A stretch of 64,000 bases of DNA, from the IMG/VR virus record IMGVR_UViG_2571042690_000019. One strand, 5' to 3'. This document shows, piece by piece, positions 19,368 to 29,406 of the stretch. The notes below the pieces were generated by a model, which worked only from the letters and a program-made list of their open reading frames with translations, was not told the origin of the DNA and ran no database searches. Each line of letters opens with the position of its first letter. Position 1 is the stretch's first letter. Origin of the DNA: a virus (taxonomy: Duplodnaviria; Heunggongvirae; Uroviricota; Caudoviricetes). The translations under genes were made by a program, and so were the position numbers.

Positions 19368-20161
19368 GGCTCCGCATGAAATTCTCCAAATTTTCTGAGT
19401 TGGTGAATCGTATTTTGTCCAACAACCACAGCCATCGTCGCGATATGGATGTAACGATCGTTGTTCATTCGCCTGGCAGCATTGGTTCAACACCCTCAGT
19501 TGAGGTTCAGTCAATTCACGCTGGTTTTGATTGGGATTCCGGGAAAGTGCTGATTTTCCCAGCACAGCCACTGACCACGCTAACACCAGAACAGATTACT
19601 GATATTACTGATAGTGTGCGCAAAGGTCAGTCCTGGCACGCATATCAGGAATACAAGAAGCATAAAGAGCAGTTGGAAAAATTATCGATTGAACTTGATA
19701 CCGCAAAACAGCGCATTGCAGAGCTGGAGGGTAATCGCGCGGCGCTGGCTGCGGAGAATGCGAGACTGAAGGCGATATGTGAGGATCGCCGCACGTTCAT
19801 TATGAATGGCGTGCAGCTTGGTTTTATCAAGGTGCCAACAGTGGAAATAGATCCAGCTCTTGAAACAATTCGTATCGCCCTATCACCACAAAAAACCACT
19901 CCTGCGACCGACACTTTCCTAGATGAAGTGAAGACTGAAGCACGCAAGGAGGGCGCTTACTTTGTGGCGAATAGAATGCTGGCTGCCTGGGAAGCTGGTT
20001 TTATTGATGATACTGCGAAGAACGCCGCGGATATTGCCCGGATGATTCTTACCTCTACTGAGTTTATGGCTAATGCGCGGGAAGGCGATTTTGACCGCTC
20101 ATTCTCTGATGGTGTTCTCGAAGATATCGCTGAACAGCTTCGCAAAGGAGGCAGCCAGTGA
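19364..20161 (+). CDS. Ea22-like phage protein
   Basis: 265 aa; ALAAENARLK, ATDTFLDEVKTEARKEG. Confidence 0.65.
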   Translation: MRLRMKFSKFSELVNRILSNNHSHRRDMDVTIVVHSPGSIGSTPSVEVQSIHAGFDWDSGKVLIFPAQPLTTLTPEQITDITDSVRKGQSWHAYQEYKKHKEQLEKLSIELDTAKQRIAELEGNRAALAAENARLKAICEDRRTFIMNGVQLGFIKVPTVEIDPALETIRIALSPQKTTPATDTFLDEVKTEARKEGAYFVANRMLAAWEAGFIDDTAKNAADIARMILTSTEFMANAREGDFDRSFSDGVLEDIAEQLRKGGSQ

Positions 20162-20799
20162 GCGAGCTTTACTATCAGACGTTACGTGAACGTTTTTCAC
20201 CGAAACCAGCGCCTAAATGCTCTGTTTGTGGCGAGGAAATGTCAATGCAGCGCATATCTGGATCACATGTTGTTTATGCCTGTTCCGGCATGGAGGACGA
20301 CGGATGCTTCAAAACTGGACGAACTTATGCTGACGAGCATTACAAAAAATCGCGCATAACAGTAGTTGATGATAGCGATCCTGATGTGATTGAACTGCTG
20401 GAAGAGAACATGGAGATGGCTCTAACGCTTGAGAAGCTGCGTGTTGAGCTGGAGGCTGCTAAACAGCGTATTGCCGAATATGAAAGCAATTGCGGGGCGA
20501 TGGTGGCGGAATGCCAAAGCAAAAAAGCAGCTCTTGAGGCAATTCTTAGCCATTGCCCAATTAATCATCCAGATATAGACATCGCATGTATAGCGAACAT
20601 CGCTCATAACGAATTAGGCGGGGCGAAAAGCACTACATCTAAGGCATACCTTGTAGAAATACAGGCACAAGGGGTGGAGGCATTCGCTTTGACGATGCGC
20701 GATACCGGAGATGATCCATTTTTTGATTCCGTTGCTTCTGCTTGCGCGGATGCAGCTGATAGGTTCGCTGCCCAGCTTCGAAAAGGAGGCAAACAGTGA
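20158..20799 (+). CDS. Ea22-like phage protein
   Basis: 213 aa; N-terminal MSELYYQTLRER and C-terminal AEQLRKGGKQ shared with paralogs. Confidence 0.6.
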   Translation: MSELYYQTLRERFSPKPAPKCSVCGEEMSMQRISGSHVVYACSGMEDDGCFKTGRTYADEHYKKSRITVVDDSDPDVIELLEENMEMALTLEKLRVELEAAKQRIAEYESNCGAMVAECQSKKAALEAILSHCPINHPDIDIACIANIAHNELGGAKSTTSKAYLVEIQAQGVEAFALTMRDTGDDPFFDSVASACADAADRFAAQLRKGGKQ

Positions 20800-21044
20800 G
20801 TAATACCGCACGACTACAGCTTGGTTTTTTACCGCTATCAAAAACCATCGTGTTGGCAAAAATGCGTGACTTAGGGGATGGAACAAAACGTCGTGTCGGC
20901 AATGATCGCGGTCGTGATGTAACCAACGAGGCCGCACAACTCGTTTGGCATCTAGTCATGGCTGAAGGCGGTGAAATTAATTGGGAGCTGGATGATGGTT
21001 CTCGCATGGTATTAAAGGCAGAAAAGCAGGAGCCACCACAGTGA
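20796..21044 (+). CDS. hypothetical protein
   Basis: 82-aa ORF, translationally coupled. Confidence 0.4.
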   Translation: MSNTARLQLGFLPLSKTIVLAKMRDLGDGTKRRVGNDRGRDVTNEAAQLVWHLVMAEGGEINWELDDGSRMVLKAEKQEPPQ

Positions 21045-21334
21045 ATATCGACACCACGATAACGATTGATACGGCCCTAAATACCGGTCTGGCACTTCTC
21101 GGTTGGCTTTACATCATGTCCAGTACATGGCGATGGCTGGGTTCCATTTTCCTGAAACAGTGGAAAAAACGGCGCAAACAGGAATTACGCCAGAAGGCAT
21201 TAGAAGCGTTCTATGACGCATTTGAACTTAGCCGCATTGAACCAGGCACAACAGCCAGGATAGCGACAAAAGGCGACCTGATGATAGTGATGTTCCGACA
21301 GGAGAAAGCAAATGGCAGCAAAGCGAATGACTAA
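21041..21334 (+). CDS. hypothetical small membrane protein
   Basis: 97 aa with one hydrophobic helix. Confidence 0.45.
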   Translation: MNIDTTITIDTALNTGLALLGWLYIMSSTWRWLGSIFLKQWKKRRKQELRQKALEAFYDAFELSRIEPGTTARIATKGDLMIVMFRQEKANGSKAND

Positions 21335-21536
21335 TCGCGAACTTGTTGATGCCGCGATTGAACTTGCTGGCGATTTTTATTCCATGATGGGGTACACGCA
21401 TCGCCCCGGCTTCAAATATTGGGAGTCTCCGCACCCGCAAGAGCAACGGGTATTTCAAATGGCCTGTCGCGCTTTTGAAGTTATTCGCGGTTCTGATGTG
21501 ATGGACGCGGTTGCTGATTTGGAGGATGAAGAGTGA
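21312..21536 (+). CDS. hypothetical protein
   Basis: 74-aa ORF. Confidence 0.4.
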   Translation: MAAKRMTNRELVDAAIELAGDFYSMMGYTHRPGFKYWESPHPQEQRVFQMACRAFEVIRGSDVMDAVADLEDEE

Positions 21537-21844
21537 ACACAATTAAAGAAATGCCGGTAGAACGTGATGAATATGGCTGCTGGACACATCCGGAGTATGA
21601 AAAGTTTTGCGCAGGTCGTGAATATATATCCACTGAGGAATTTGACGCCTGGATGAAGGAAAATAATCTTCAGTGGACTATTCGCAGTATGGATGAAGAT
21701 GATTTTGGTCTGGACGCAGCTGGTCCCGATATTGCCGCCTGGGAACCGGAGCGACCAGAGGGTGAAGGCTGGTTTGTTGGCTCTATTCATGACACTGAAG
21801 ATGGTCCGGTTTGTATCTGGCTGCGGGAGAAGGTTGCCGCATGA
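21533..21844 (+). CDS. hypothetical protein
   Basis: 103-aa ORF. Confidence 0.45.
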   Translation: MNTIKEMPVERDEYGCWTHPEYEKFCAGREYISTEEFDAWMKENNLQWTIRSMDEDDFGLDAAGPDIAAWEPERPEGEGWFVGSIHDTEDGPVCIWLREKVAA

Positions 21845-22533
21845 TCCAGGCTATGCATGAAATGAATTTATATAGCCGTATTGATGGTTCTGGCTACAGA
21901 AACATATGGGTTGTTGGTGATCTGCATGGTTGCTACACCAGACTGATGTCCGAACTCCATCGTGTGGATTTTGACCCGACGCAGGATTTACTGATATCGG
22001 TTGGCGACCTTATCGATCGCGGTACTGAAAATGTCGAATGTCTGGAACTATTGCAGATGCCCTGGTTCAGGGCAGTAATGGGGAACCATGAGCGGTTGAT
22101 GCTTGATGCGTTAAGTCCTGATGGCAACGTGAATAACTGGCTAATGAATGGCGGACAATGGTTCTTCATGCTGGACACTGATCAGGAAATATTAGCCAAG
22201 GCGCTGGTGGAGCTGGTAAAGCGTCTGCCATATATCATTGAGTTGAACACCGGGCATGAAACTATCGTTATAGCCCATGCCGACTATCCAGGTGGAGAGT
22301 ACCAGTTCGGTAAGGATGTGTCGTTTTTTGATGTTGTCTGGTCGCGCAGTCGCGTCGGTGATTCGATAGATGGCATTGGTGGAGAAATCACAGGCGCAGA
22401 TCGCTTTATCTTTGGGCACACACCGGTACGAAGACCAAAAGCATACTGGAATCAGCACTACATAGACACGGGCGCGGTTTTTTGCGGAAATCTGACGCTA
22501 ATGCAGGTGAAGGGAGGGCAGCTTAAAGTCTGA
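21841..22533 (+). CDS. Ser/Thr protein phosphatase (metallophosphatase, lambda PPase-like)
   Basis: GDLHGC, GDLIDRG, GNHE motifs; start placed at internal Met overlapping upstream stop. Confidence 0.85.
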   Translation: MIQAMHEMNLYSRIDGSGYRNIWVVGDLHGCYTRLMSELHRVDFDPTQDLLISVGDLIDRGTENVECLELLQMPWFRAVMGNHERLMLDALSPDGNVNNWLMNGGQWFFMLDTDQEILAKALVELVKRLPYIIELNTGHETIVIAHADYPGGEYQFGKDVSFFDVVWSRSRVGDSIDGIGGEITGADRFIFGHTPVRRPKAYWNQHYIDTGAVFCGNLTLMQVKGGQLKV

Positions 22534-22576
22534 TCAAATCATTTACGCACTCAAAATGCGTTAGAACATTGATTTT

Positions 22577-22590
22577 AGTTTTCTAACATA
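22577..22590 (+). promoter_or_regulatory. operator-like motif AGTTTTCTAACATA with partial inverted copy just upstream
   Basis: dispersed conserved motif about 40 bp upstream of gene 22631. Confidence 0.45.
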
Positions 22591-22630
22591 TTATTTTACC
22601 GCTCGGAACAAAACAGAGTCGGTATACATT

Positions 22631-23626
22631 ATGAGTGCAATAATCACACCTCATTTCGTGAACGGAGCTGGTGTGGCTGTCTTTCCGGTAGACAAGCCCA
22701 CCAGTAACTACATTGGCGCAGGCCGCCGTTTCATTATCTCCCCACTTCCGCGTGAACAGGCTGAAAACACGCCAGATGGCGTAGTGGATCTGAACTATTC
22801 GCTGGTTGCCAACCAGTCTCTGAAACCGTTTTTTCAAAGCGAGCGCGTATTTAACGCGTTGGGCGGTGAAGATTCGCTTGTTCATTGGGTAAGTTCCAAT
22901 ATCCACGATTGCCAGGCGCACGATAAGCGCGATTGCAGCCACCAGCTAACCACTCATTTCTATAACGGCTCTGCCGTTCGCCTGTGCTGGAAGCATGATG
23001 CGGAATACATGATGAAGGGGTACAGCAAGCTGGACGACCAGTTATCCCTGAATCGTGCCAACTGGGTTATGAACTGGGCTGCGAGCGAGTTAAAACTACC
23101 GCCAGAACGCGATCTGAGCATGGTTGAACTCACTTTTTGGGCCATTCGCCGGAATCTGAAAGATGAGCTGCCAGATGAAGCCGGTCGCATTGCATTTTGT
23201 CAGCCAAAAACTGAAATCCCTACCGGTACGCTGAAAGAATCAGATATCACCTGGGAGCACAGTACCCGCGAGCTGGTGGACATAACCGCAGAGCAGATCG
23301 TCAACCTGTCTGTAGATGAGGATTCCGGCCTGCTTTATATGCGCCGACCAAAAGCGGTCCTCGGTAAAAGCCCGGCTTATCTCCGGTTTGTGGTTTCTCG
23401 TCCGTGCATCGGATGCGGTGGCAAAGTTAACCACCCGTTCATGTACCGCGCCCGCTCGTTAAACGAACACGACCGCTGGGCTGTTCCTCTTTGCGATGAC
23501 TGCGCCAGAAGCGCAGAAAACGATGTCCGGGCATGGGAAAAAGCACATGGCATACGCCTTTACGTAGCCGCTAACCAGCTTTTTGACTTCGCCATCGAGC
23601 GCGGAGTGATCACTTTCAATAACTGA
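22631..23626 (+). CDS. DUF968-like phage protein with C-terminal Cys/His zinc-binding region
   Basis: 331 aa; RPCIGCGG...HDRWAVPLCDDCA. Confidence 0.5.
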   Translation: MSAIITPHFVNGAGVAVFPVDKPTSNYIGAGRRFIISPLPREQAENTPDGVVDLNYSLVANQSLKPFFQSERVFNALGGEDSLVHWVSSNIHDCQAHDKRDCSHQLTTHFYNGSAVRLCWKHDAEYMMKGYSKLDDQLSLNRANWVMNWAASELKLPPERDLSMVELTFWAIRRNLKDELPDEAGRIAFCQPKTEIPTGTLKESDITWEHSTRELVDITAEQIVNLSVDEDSGLLYMRRPKAVLGKSPAYLRFVVSRPCIGCGGKVNHPFMYRARSLNEHDRWAVPLCDDCARSAENDVRAWEKAHGIRLYVAANQLFDFAIERGVITFNN

Positions 23627-23630
23627 TGAG

Positions 23631-24332
23631 GTGGATCAAAAAATGAAAGAACGCGGGATGATTTTTAACGATGAGATGGTCAGGGCCATCCTCGAAGGAA
23701 GGAAGACGCAGACTCGCCGACCTGTAAAAAATGTCAGGGCCGATAACTGCCTGGTTATCCGTAAACCGACAAAGAAACGCAATGGTATCTATACCCACGT
23801 TATGGATGCACCTGAACATGGTTTATGCCCGTTCGGTAACGTTGGTGATCGCATATGGGTCCGTGAGGCGTGGGCGATATTAGGCAATGAGGATGGTTGC
23901 AGTGTGGACTGGAACGACAACCTTTGTCGTGGCGATGAGAAGAACGCAGCAAGGATTTATCGGGCCAGTTGTGAGCAAAAGCCGGGTGATTACGGCTTGT
24001 GGTCGATACCCGATGATGCCGACTGGAAACCTCACACTGTGAATGAAAAATTTGATGGCGGGTGGTGTCCATCAATTCACATGCCGCGCTGGGCATCGCG
24101 CATTCTTCTGGAAATTACCAACGTGCGCGTTGAGCGGTTGAACGATATCAGCGAATGCGATGCAAGGGCTGAGGGCGCACCAACAGAATCGACCCTCATT
24201 GGCGATAAGCATTACCCAAGTTTCCGTAGCCTATGGAAATCAATTTATGGCGAAGATAGTTGGAACGCTAATCCTTGGGTGTGGGTAATCGAGTTTAAGC
24301 GTATTCAGGGGGCAACCAGTGAGCAAAATTAA
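23631..24332 (+). CDS. hypothetical phage protein (ASCH-like N-terminus)
   Basis: MIFNDEMVRAILEGRKTQTRRP segment; no alignment available. Confidence 0.45.
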   Translation: MDQKMKERGMIFNDEMVRAILEGRKTQTRRPVKNVRADNCLVIRKPTKKRNGIYTHVMDAPEHGLCPFGNVGDRIWVREAWAILGNEDGCSVDWNDNLCRGDEKNAARIYRASCEQKPGDYGLWSIPDDADWKPHTVNEKFDGGWCPSIHMPRWASRILLEITNVRVERLNDISECDARAEGAPTESTLIGDKHYPSFRSLWKSIYGEDSWNANPWVWVIEFKRIQGATSEQN

Positions 24333-24377
24333 CTATCAAGAACTGCGCGAGGCGGCGGAACAGGCAACGCAAGATGA

Positions 24378-24911
24378 ATGGGTAGCATATATTTTGCCGG
24401 TCATAACGGCATTTATCCTGCGCGCACGTCTGAGGGTAGGCATTGCGGATACTTTATTGACTGGCCTGGCGTCTGTCAGGGGCGGGAGAGCATCAGCATG
24501 AGCATCAGAACCTACGCAGTGAATTGCAATGACGCATGGCTAAACACCGAAGGTGATGACATCTCCGGCTCATACGTTAAGTACAAAGACCATCAGGAAG
24601 TGGTTGCCGCTCTTGAGGCCAGGTGCGCGGCGCTGGCAGCGGAGAATGCGGCGCTTAAACAGTCGGAGAAGGAATTTAATAACTTCTGTCGTCAGGAGTA
24701 CTACGGTTGGGAGGACAACTTCACGGAAACCCCAGCTACCGACGCTCTCCTGGCTGAAGTACGTGCGCAGGGGGTGGATATGGCTCGTAACGCGATGATT
24801 GATTTTGTTGATGGTGAAGTTGGGCCAAACAAGAACGTTCCGGGGCTGATTAGAGGCGCAGAGATATGCGTAAGTATTGCTGAACAGCTTCGCGAAGGAG
24901 GCAACCAGTGA
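24378..24911 (+). CDS. Ea22-like phage protein (N-terminus possibly supplied by frame-shifted ORF 24319..24501)
   Basis: ALAAENAALKQ and ATDALLAEVRAQGV segments; ORF 24319 begins with canonical MSKINYQELRE but is in another frame. Confidence 0.5.
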   Translation: MGSIYFAGHNGIYPARTSEGRHCGYFIDWPGVCQGRESISMSIRTYAVNCNDAWLNTEGDDISGSYVKYKDHQEVVAALEARCAALAAENAALKQSEKEFNNFCRQEYYGWEDNFTETPATDALLAEVRAQGVDMARNAMIDFVDGEVGPNKNVPGLIRGAEICVSIAEQLREGGNQ

Positions 24912-25354
24912 GCAAGATTGATTATCAAAAGCTTCGTGAAATCGCTGAAAAAACAAAAATTGCTGGTGAAGCACCTGTAATGCCTTTCGATCAGCGAATT
25001 AATGCGCTTAACGATTTTATGAAGCACTTTTCGCCAGATATCGCGCTGGCATTGTTGGATGAACGGGAAAGAAACCAGCAATACATCAAACGCCGCGACC
25101 AGGAGAACGAGGATATTGCGCTAACGGTAGGGAAGTTGCGCGTTGAGCTTGAGGCAGAAAAACAGCGGGCAAAGGATCTGTTTATGGAAAATGCTCGGCT
25201 TAAGTCAGGTATAGCCGGTCTGATACACCTCGGTATTCGATATGCAGATGTTGATGTCATGAAAATTGCTGGAGATGCCCAGCTTTCTACCCCATGCACT
25301 GACAGCATCATAAACAGCATTGCAACAGGCATTCGCATCAACGGAGGTGAGTAG
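24908..25354 (+). CDS. Ea22-like phage protein
   Basis: 148 aa; MSKIDYQKLREIAEKTK N-terminus. Confidence 0.55.
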   Translation: MSKIDYQKLREIAEKTKIAGEAPVMPFDQRINALNDFMKHFSPDIALALLDERERNQQYIKRRDQENEDIALTVGKLRVELEAEKQRAKDLFMENARLKSGIAGLIHLGIRYADVDVMKIAGDAQLSTPCTDSIINSIATGIRINGGE

Positions 25355-25526
25355 TGCGTGTGGCATGTATTGGCTTGTTACCGTACCCGACTCGTTTTTG
25401 GGCTTCTGCGCTAATTGCAAAGCCGTATGTCCTGATGGCTGACAACATCATCCCGGCACCAAAGCGCCGCCATACCGGTATTGCAGCGGCACGACGAGCA
25501 GCAAAGAGACGCAGGAGAGCAAAGCG

Positions 25527-25703
25527 ATGAAAAACCGTAAGGCAAAACGACTTTTTTTACAGCGACCTGTGCGTGTGGTGGAGCTGGTTATTAGCAACCA
25601 TAAGATAGCGGTACTCCATCCATTTGGTCAGGTGGCTTTTGCCGCAAAGCGTAAGCCTACTGCGTCACAGAACAGGCGGAAGAAAGGGTACGCTGTAAGA
25701 TGA
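25527..25703 (+). CDS. small basic protein (58 aa), paralog of next gene
   Basis: manual translation MKNRKAKRLFLQRPVRV...; stop overlaps next ATG. Confidence 0.3.
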   Translation: MKNRKAKRLFLQRPVRVVELVISNHKIAVLHPFGQVAFAAKRKPTASQNRRKKGYAVR

Positions 25704-25888
25704 AAAACCGTAAAGCAAAGATTCTGTTAGTTCGTAGAAACGCTCCTGGCGTCTGGCAGTGGGTGAGACTCAGCAACCGACGGATGGGGTTGATGAAATA
25801 TTACGGGATGATGGATTGTGGTTTTTGCAAAAAGCCCAGCGCGGCGCAAAACCGCTGGAAAAACCACTTGCGCACTAAAGGAGAGTGA
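25700..25888 (+). CDS. small basic protein (62 aa)
   Basis: MKNRKAKILLVRRNAPG...; shares first 7 residues with preceding ORF. Confidence 0.4.
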   Translation: MKNRKAKILLVRRNAPGVWQWVRLSNRRMGLMKYYGMMDCGFCKKPSAAQNRWKNHLRTKGE

Positions 25889-25889
25889 T

Positions 25890-26099
25890 ATGGCTATTGC
25901 CGCAAGTTACACAATGCATCTCTATTGTGACTGCCGCCAGTGTACGGAAGGTGTATATCCAGTGCCAGACTTCGGTGAGTATATAGGTACGTCATGGGCT
26001 GGCTGTGCAAAAGAGGCGCGCAAGGATGGCTGGCGAATAAGCAAAGACAAAACGCGTGCTTTTGCGCCCGGGCATAAAGTTTTGAGGATTAACAAATGA
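25890..26099 (+). CDS. small Cys-rich hypothetical protein
   Basis: MAIAASYTMHLYCDCRQC...; start chosen to avoid overlap with upstream ORF. Confidence 0.45.
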   Translation: MAIAASYTMHLYCDCRQCTEGVYPVPDFGEYIGTSWAGCAKEARKDGWRISKDKTRAFAPGHKVLRINK

Positions 26100-27712
26100 C
26101 CACTATTACCAGAGAACAAGCTCTGAAAATTATTGAGGCAGCCGATGAGGTTATTAGTGCGCTTGCCGGAACTAACGAGGATGTTCACCCTGGTAGCGAT
26201 AACATGCTACGCCTGTGGGATGACCTGAATGACCGTTACGCGCCGCCGGAAGTTGTGCGTGAGCTGGCACGAATTGCACTGGCATCGCTGGAAGCAGAAC
26301 CAGTTAAACGAGTTAACTCAGATCAGATGCGCCGAGTCTGCTTAGAAGCTAATCGCCATTTAGATAAATATGACGCGATGGCGAAAGAGGTAAATAAGTT
26401 GCTTGGACGCATCGCCCCGCCAGCACCGGTAGTGCCTGAAGAAGCAACTCCGGAAAACGTAGAAATGCTCTCTGGCTATGTTTCAACGTACAAATTAACC
26501 GATAGCGAGCGCGATATTGCTGCCGAAATATGGAACGCCTGCCGCGCCGCCATGCTTCAGTCCGGAAACTTTCGGGAAAACAAGAATTCGTCAACCAATA
26601 ATTTTCGGGAAATCGCGGAAACGTCAACCAGCTATCCGGCAATTCCTAGTGAGGTGTTGTCCGCAATCCTGAAGGTTGCCAGGATTCGTGCCGATTTCGA
26701 TGATTTTGACGGTGACAGGCGAGGTATCGGTGATTGTCTGGATGAGGCCGAGCAAGAGCTTATCGTTACCATTAACAAATATGCCAGTCAGTTGGCAGCA
26801 GAACCGATAGCGGCTAATGACGTTCGAGAGCAGCAGACAGCCGTTCCGCCAGTTCCAGAAATACAGGCTGATGTCGCGCAAGCAATTGAAAATCTCAAGC
26901 AGAAGTTAGTGGAATGCAATCGCTATAACTACTGCGCAGATGCAGTTAAAGGCGTAGAGGATGCCAGCCGCGTCTTGGCACTCCAAAATCAAAATATGTC
27001 AGCACCGGTAACGCCGGAGGCCATTGAAAACGCAATTGAATATATCCGCAGTATCGCTTTTCACATCGATGAAGACGATTACCACGGCAAGCATATTGCG
27101 TATTTCATGCGACAAGCATTGGCCTGGCTGGAAGGGCATTCATGCAGCGACGACAGGCTGGGTAAGGCCGACAATCAACCCGCATCTGGTAACCAGGCTG
27201 CCGAATCCAATCGCGGTAATGAGTGGACCGGCAATCCTGATATTGATAACGCCATCATCATGCTCGACCGCATAGATACGGCGGAAAGTTGCGATGATGA
27301 CCGTATTGAGGCCGTTAAGGCTGTGTTGCGTAGACTGGCAGGCAACTATCCGGATATTCCGGATAGTTCGGTGCCAGCGCCAGGAAAGGGCGTCACCGGT
27401 GAACGTATCCGCATTAAGCCGCATGTTTATCGCGAACTGGTTAACCGTCTCCACGATACAGCGATCAAGTGTGCTGGCACCCAGCAATTACGAGAAAGAA
27501 TTAGCCGTGTTTTGGGCGACGTTATTACACCAGATCATCATAAACAAGCCGAGAAAAGTGGCCTGGAAAGGTGTCGCCTTGAGGCGGCATTAAACATTAA
27601 GCCGGGGCATACGCTTGGCATTATTGATGCACTATTGGTTCATAAGATGGCCAGGGCTTTATTGCCGCTGGTGGCTGAAAAGCATGAGGTGGACCATGCC
27701 AACGAAAGCTGA
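26096..27712 (+). CDS. hypothetical phage protein, 538 aa
   Basis: long ORF; C-terminal segment HVYRELVNRLHDTAIKCAGTQQLRERIS homologous to C-terminus of ORF 17530..18153. Confidence 0.6.
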   Translation: MTTITREQALKIIEAADEVISALAGTNEDVHPGSDNMLRLWDDLNDRYAPPEVVRELARIALASLEAEPVKRVNSDQMRRVCLEANRHLDKYDAMAKEVNKLLGRIAPPAPVVPEEATPENVEMLSGYVSTYKLTDSERDIAAEIWNACRAAMLQSGNFRENKNSSTNNFREIAETSTSYPAIPSEVLSAILKVARIRADFDDFDGDRRGIGDCLDEAEQELIVTINKYASQLAAEPIAANDVREQQTAVPPVPEIQADVAQAIENLKQKLVECNRYNYCADAVKGVEDASRVLALQNQNMSAPVTPEAIENAIEYIRSIAFHIDEDDYHGKHIAYFMRQALAWLEGHSCSDDRLGKADNQPASGNQAAESNRGNEWTGNPDIDNAIIMLDRIDTAESCDDDRIEAVKAVLRRLAGNYPDIPDSSVPAPGKGVTGERIRIKPHVYRELVNRLHDTAIKCAGTQQLRERISRVLGDVITPDHHKQAEKSGLERCRLEAALNIKPGHTLGIIDALLVHKMARALLPLVAEKHEVDHANES

Positions 27713-27980
27713 ATTACAGGTGCGCGTAGATGAGCTTGAAAAAGAGAACGCGAGCCTCAAAAAAATGCTGTCGCGGGCGGAAAGGGAATTATCAGGCAAA
27801 TTATTGCCAGAAGAACTGCCACCAGCAGATATACCTGATCGAGTGTCCTGGTGGATGAAGTATTTCCGTGCACCGTGGGAGGCGTTTTGGTGCTACGACC
27901 ATCGCAGATGGTGTGATGAACTTGATAGCAATTTTCCCTACTTTGCGGAAGGGAACACCTGCCCTCAATGCAGGGGATAG
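27696..27980 (+). CDS. hypothetical protein with coiled coil and C-terminal CxxC
   Basis: start at internal Met MPTKAELQVRVDELEKE. Confidence 0.4.
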   Translation: MPTKAELQVRVDELEKENASLKKMLSRAERELSGKLLPEELPPADIPDRVSWWMKYFRAPWEAFWCYDHRRWCDELDSNFPYFAEGNTCPQCRG

Positions 27981-28347
27981 CATTTGACGAAATCGATCAC
28001 CCTATCCTGAACTTCAGAAAGAAGGTCTTTTTCACGCGCCAGGACGTCAGGATATTGACGTTCTGGCCTTACCAGATGCCGGAGCTTCCCATTAAGCAGA
28101 ATGGCCTCAGAAAACACTTTTACGCTGTGCTTTATCCCCTCTGTTTCACTTTTCAGCGTCAAAATAAAGCGCAATTGCTTATTAGCCTGATTCGGATTCA
28201 ATACACGAATTTGCAGTTCGTCTATGCTGTTTCGCAATGGGATTGATGCCACCACACTGGTGCAGTCTCTGATTGTCTGAATTGAACGGCTAACATTGAG
28301 AACGTTATTGTGCATGTGCCTGATCCACTAACTCCTGGAGGTTTCTT

Positions 28348-28599
28348 GTGTCAGATCGAAATATAGCAGCTAAAAGCCAGGAAGAGCGAGACAAGGTGAA
28401 CGTAGACCTTGCCGCCAGCGGCGTTGCTTACAAAGAACGGCTGAATATACCTGTGATTGCAGAGCAGGTGGCCCGTGAGCAACCGGAAAACCTGCGCGCC
28501 TATTTCATGGAACGGCTACGGCACTACCGGCAGTTAAGCCTCCAGTTGCCAAAAGGGAGCGATCCGGTGTATCAGAACGAGGATGCACCAAAAAAATAA
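28348..28599 (+). CDS. hypothetical protein
   Basis: 83-aa ORF. Confidence 0.4.
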   Translation: MSDRNIAAKSQEERDKVNVDLAASGVAYKERLNIPVIAEQVAREQPENLRAYFMERLRHYRQLSLQLPKGSDPVYQNEDAPKK

Positions 28600-28684
28600 C
28601 GGCAAGATGGGGGAGAAATGTGATTAGCCCCCAGCGTGGCGCGCCTACAAACCCCGCTTTCACAAACTATGCCTTTTCAATGTA

Positions 28685-28704
28685 TACTGTATGAATAAAC
28701 AGTA
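28685..28704. promoter_or_regulatory. LexA (SOS) box upstream of humD
   Basis: TACTGTATGAATAAACAGTA fits CTGT-N8-ACAG consensus, ~20 bp before the humD start. Confidence 0.7.
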
Positions 28705-28722
28705 TCATTGAGGTAAAACGCT

Positions 28723-29112
28723 ATGGGCTTCCCTTCTCCTGCGGCGGATTATGTTGAAAGCCGAATTTCTCTTGATCAGCAGATAATTAGACATCCTTCA
28801 GCGACCTACTTCATGCGGGCAGCTGATAGCCATCACCGTGAGGGAATATTGCAGGGTGCTTTGCTGGTGGTTGATTCCTCGCTTACTCCGGTTGATGGTT
28901 CTCTGCTTGTGTGCGCTATGGAGGGTGAATATCGCATAAAGAGATACAGGAAGTATCCGCGCCAGCACCTGGAGGACTTAAGCACCGGGAAGAAAGAGGC
29001 GTTACCAGTAGATGACGATGGATACACGGGCAGTAATGCTGTTTTTGGTGTGATCACTCATGTCATCAATGATGCCCGAAGTGGGGAATTTGATGATTGT
29101 CCGGTTATTTAA
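28723..29112 (+). CDS. humD: UmuD'-like protein (S24 peptidase fold, N-terminal arm absent)
   Basis: 129 aa beginning GFPSPAADYVE, i.e. at the position following the UmuD Cys-Gly cleavage site; strong similarity to E. coli UmuD core. Confidence 0.8.
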   Translation: MGFPSPAADYVESRISLDQQIIRHPSATYFMRAADSHHREGILQGALLVVDSSLTPVDGSLLVCAMEGEYRIKRYRKYPRQHLEDLSTGKKEALPVDDDGYTGSNAVFGVITHVINDARSGEFDDCPVI

Positions 29113-29184
29113 GCTGCAAAGTGCTGGTGCTTTATGCCTGTGAAGTTTATAATTGTGTACACATAACGAGTACACGAGGTGTTT

Positions 29185-29406
29185 ATGCAATCCATTAACT
29201 TCCGTACCGCGCGTGGCAACCTTTCTGAAGTGCTCAACAATGTTGAAGCCGGGGAAGAGGTTGAAATCACCCGCAGAGGCCGTGAGCCAGCAGTAATTGT
29301 CAGCAAGGCTACTTTTGAAGCCTACAAAAAAGCGGCGCTGGATGCCGAATTTGCATCCCTGTTTGACACCCTGGACTCCACCAACAAGGAACTGGTTAAC
29401 CGATAA
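29185..29406 (+). CDS. phd: antitoxin Phd
   Basis: [49 protein letters not shown] matches P1 Phd as I recall it. Confidence 0.9.
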
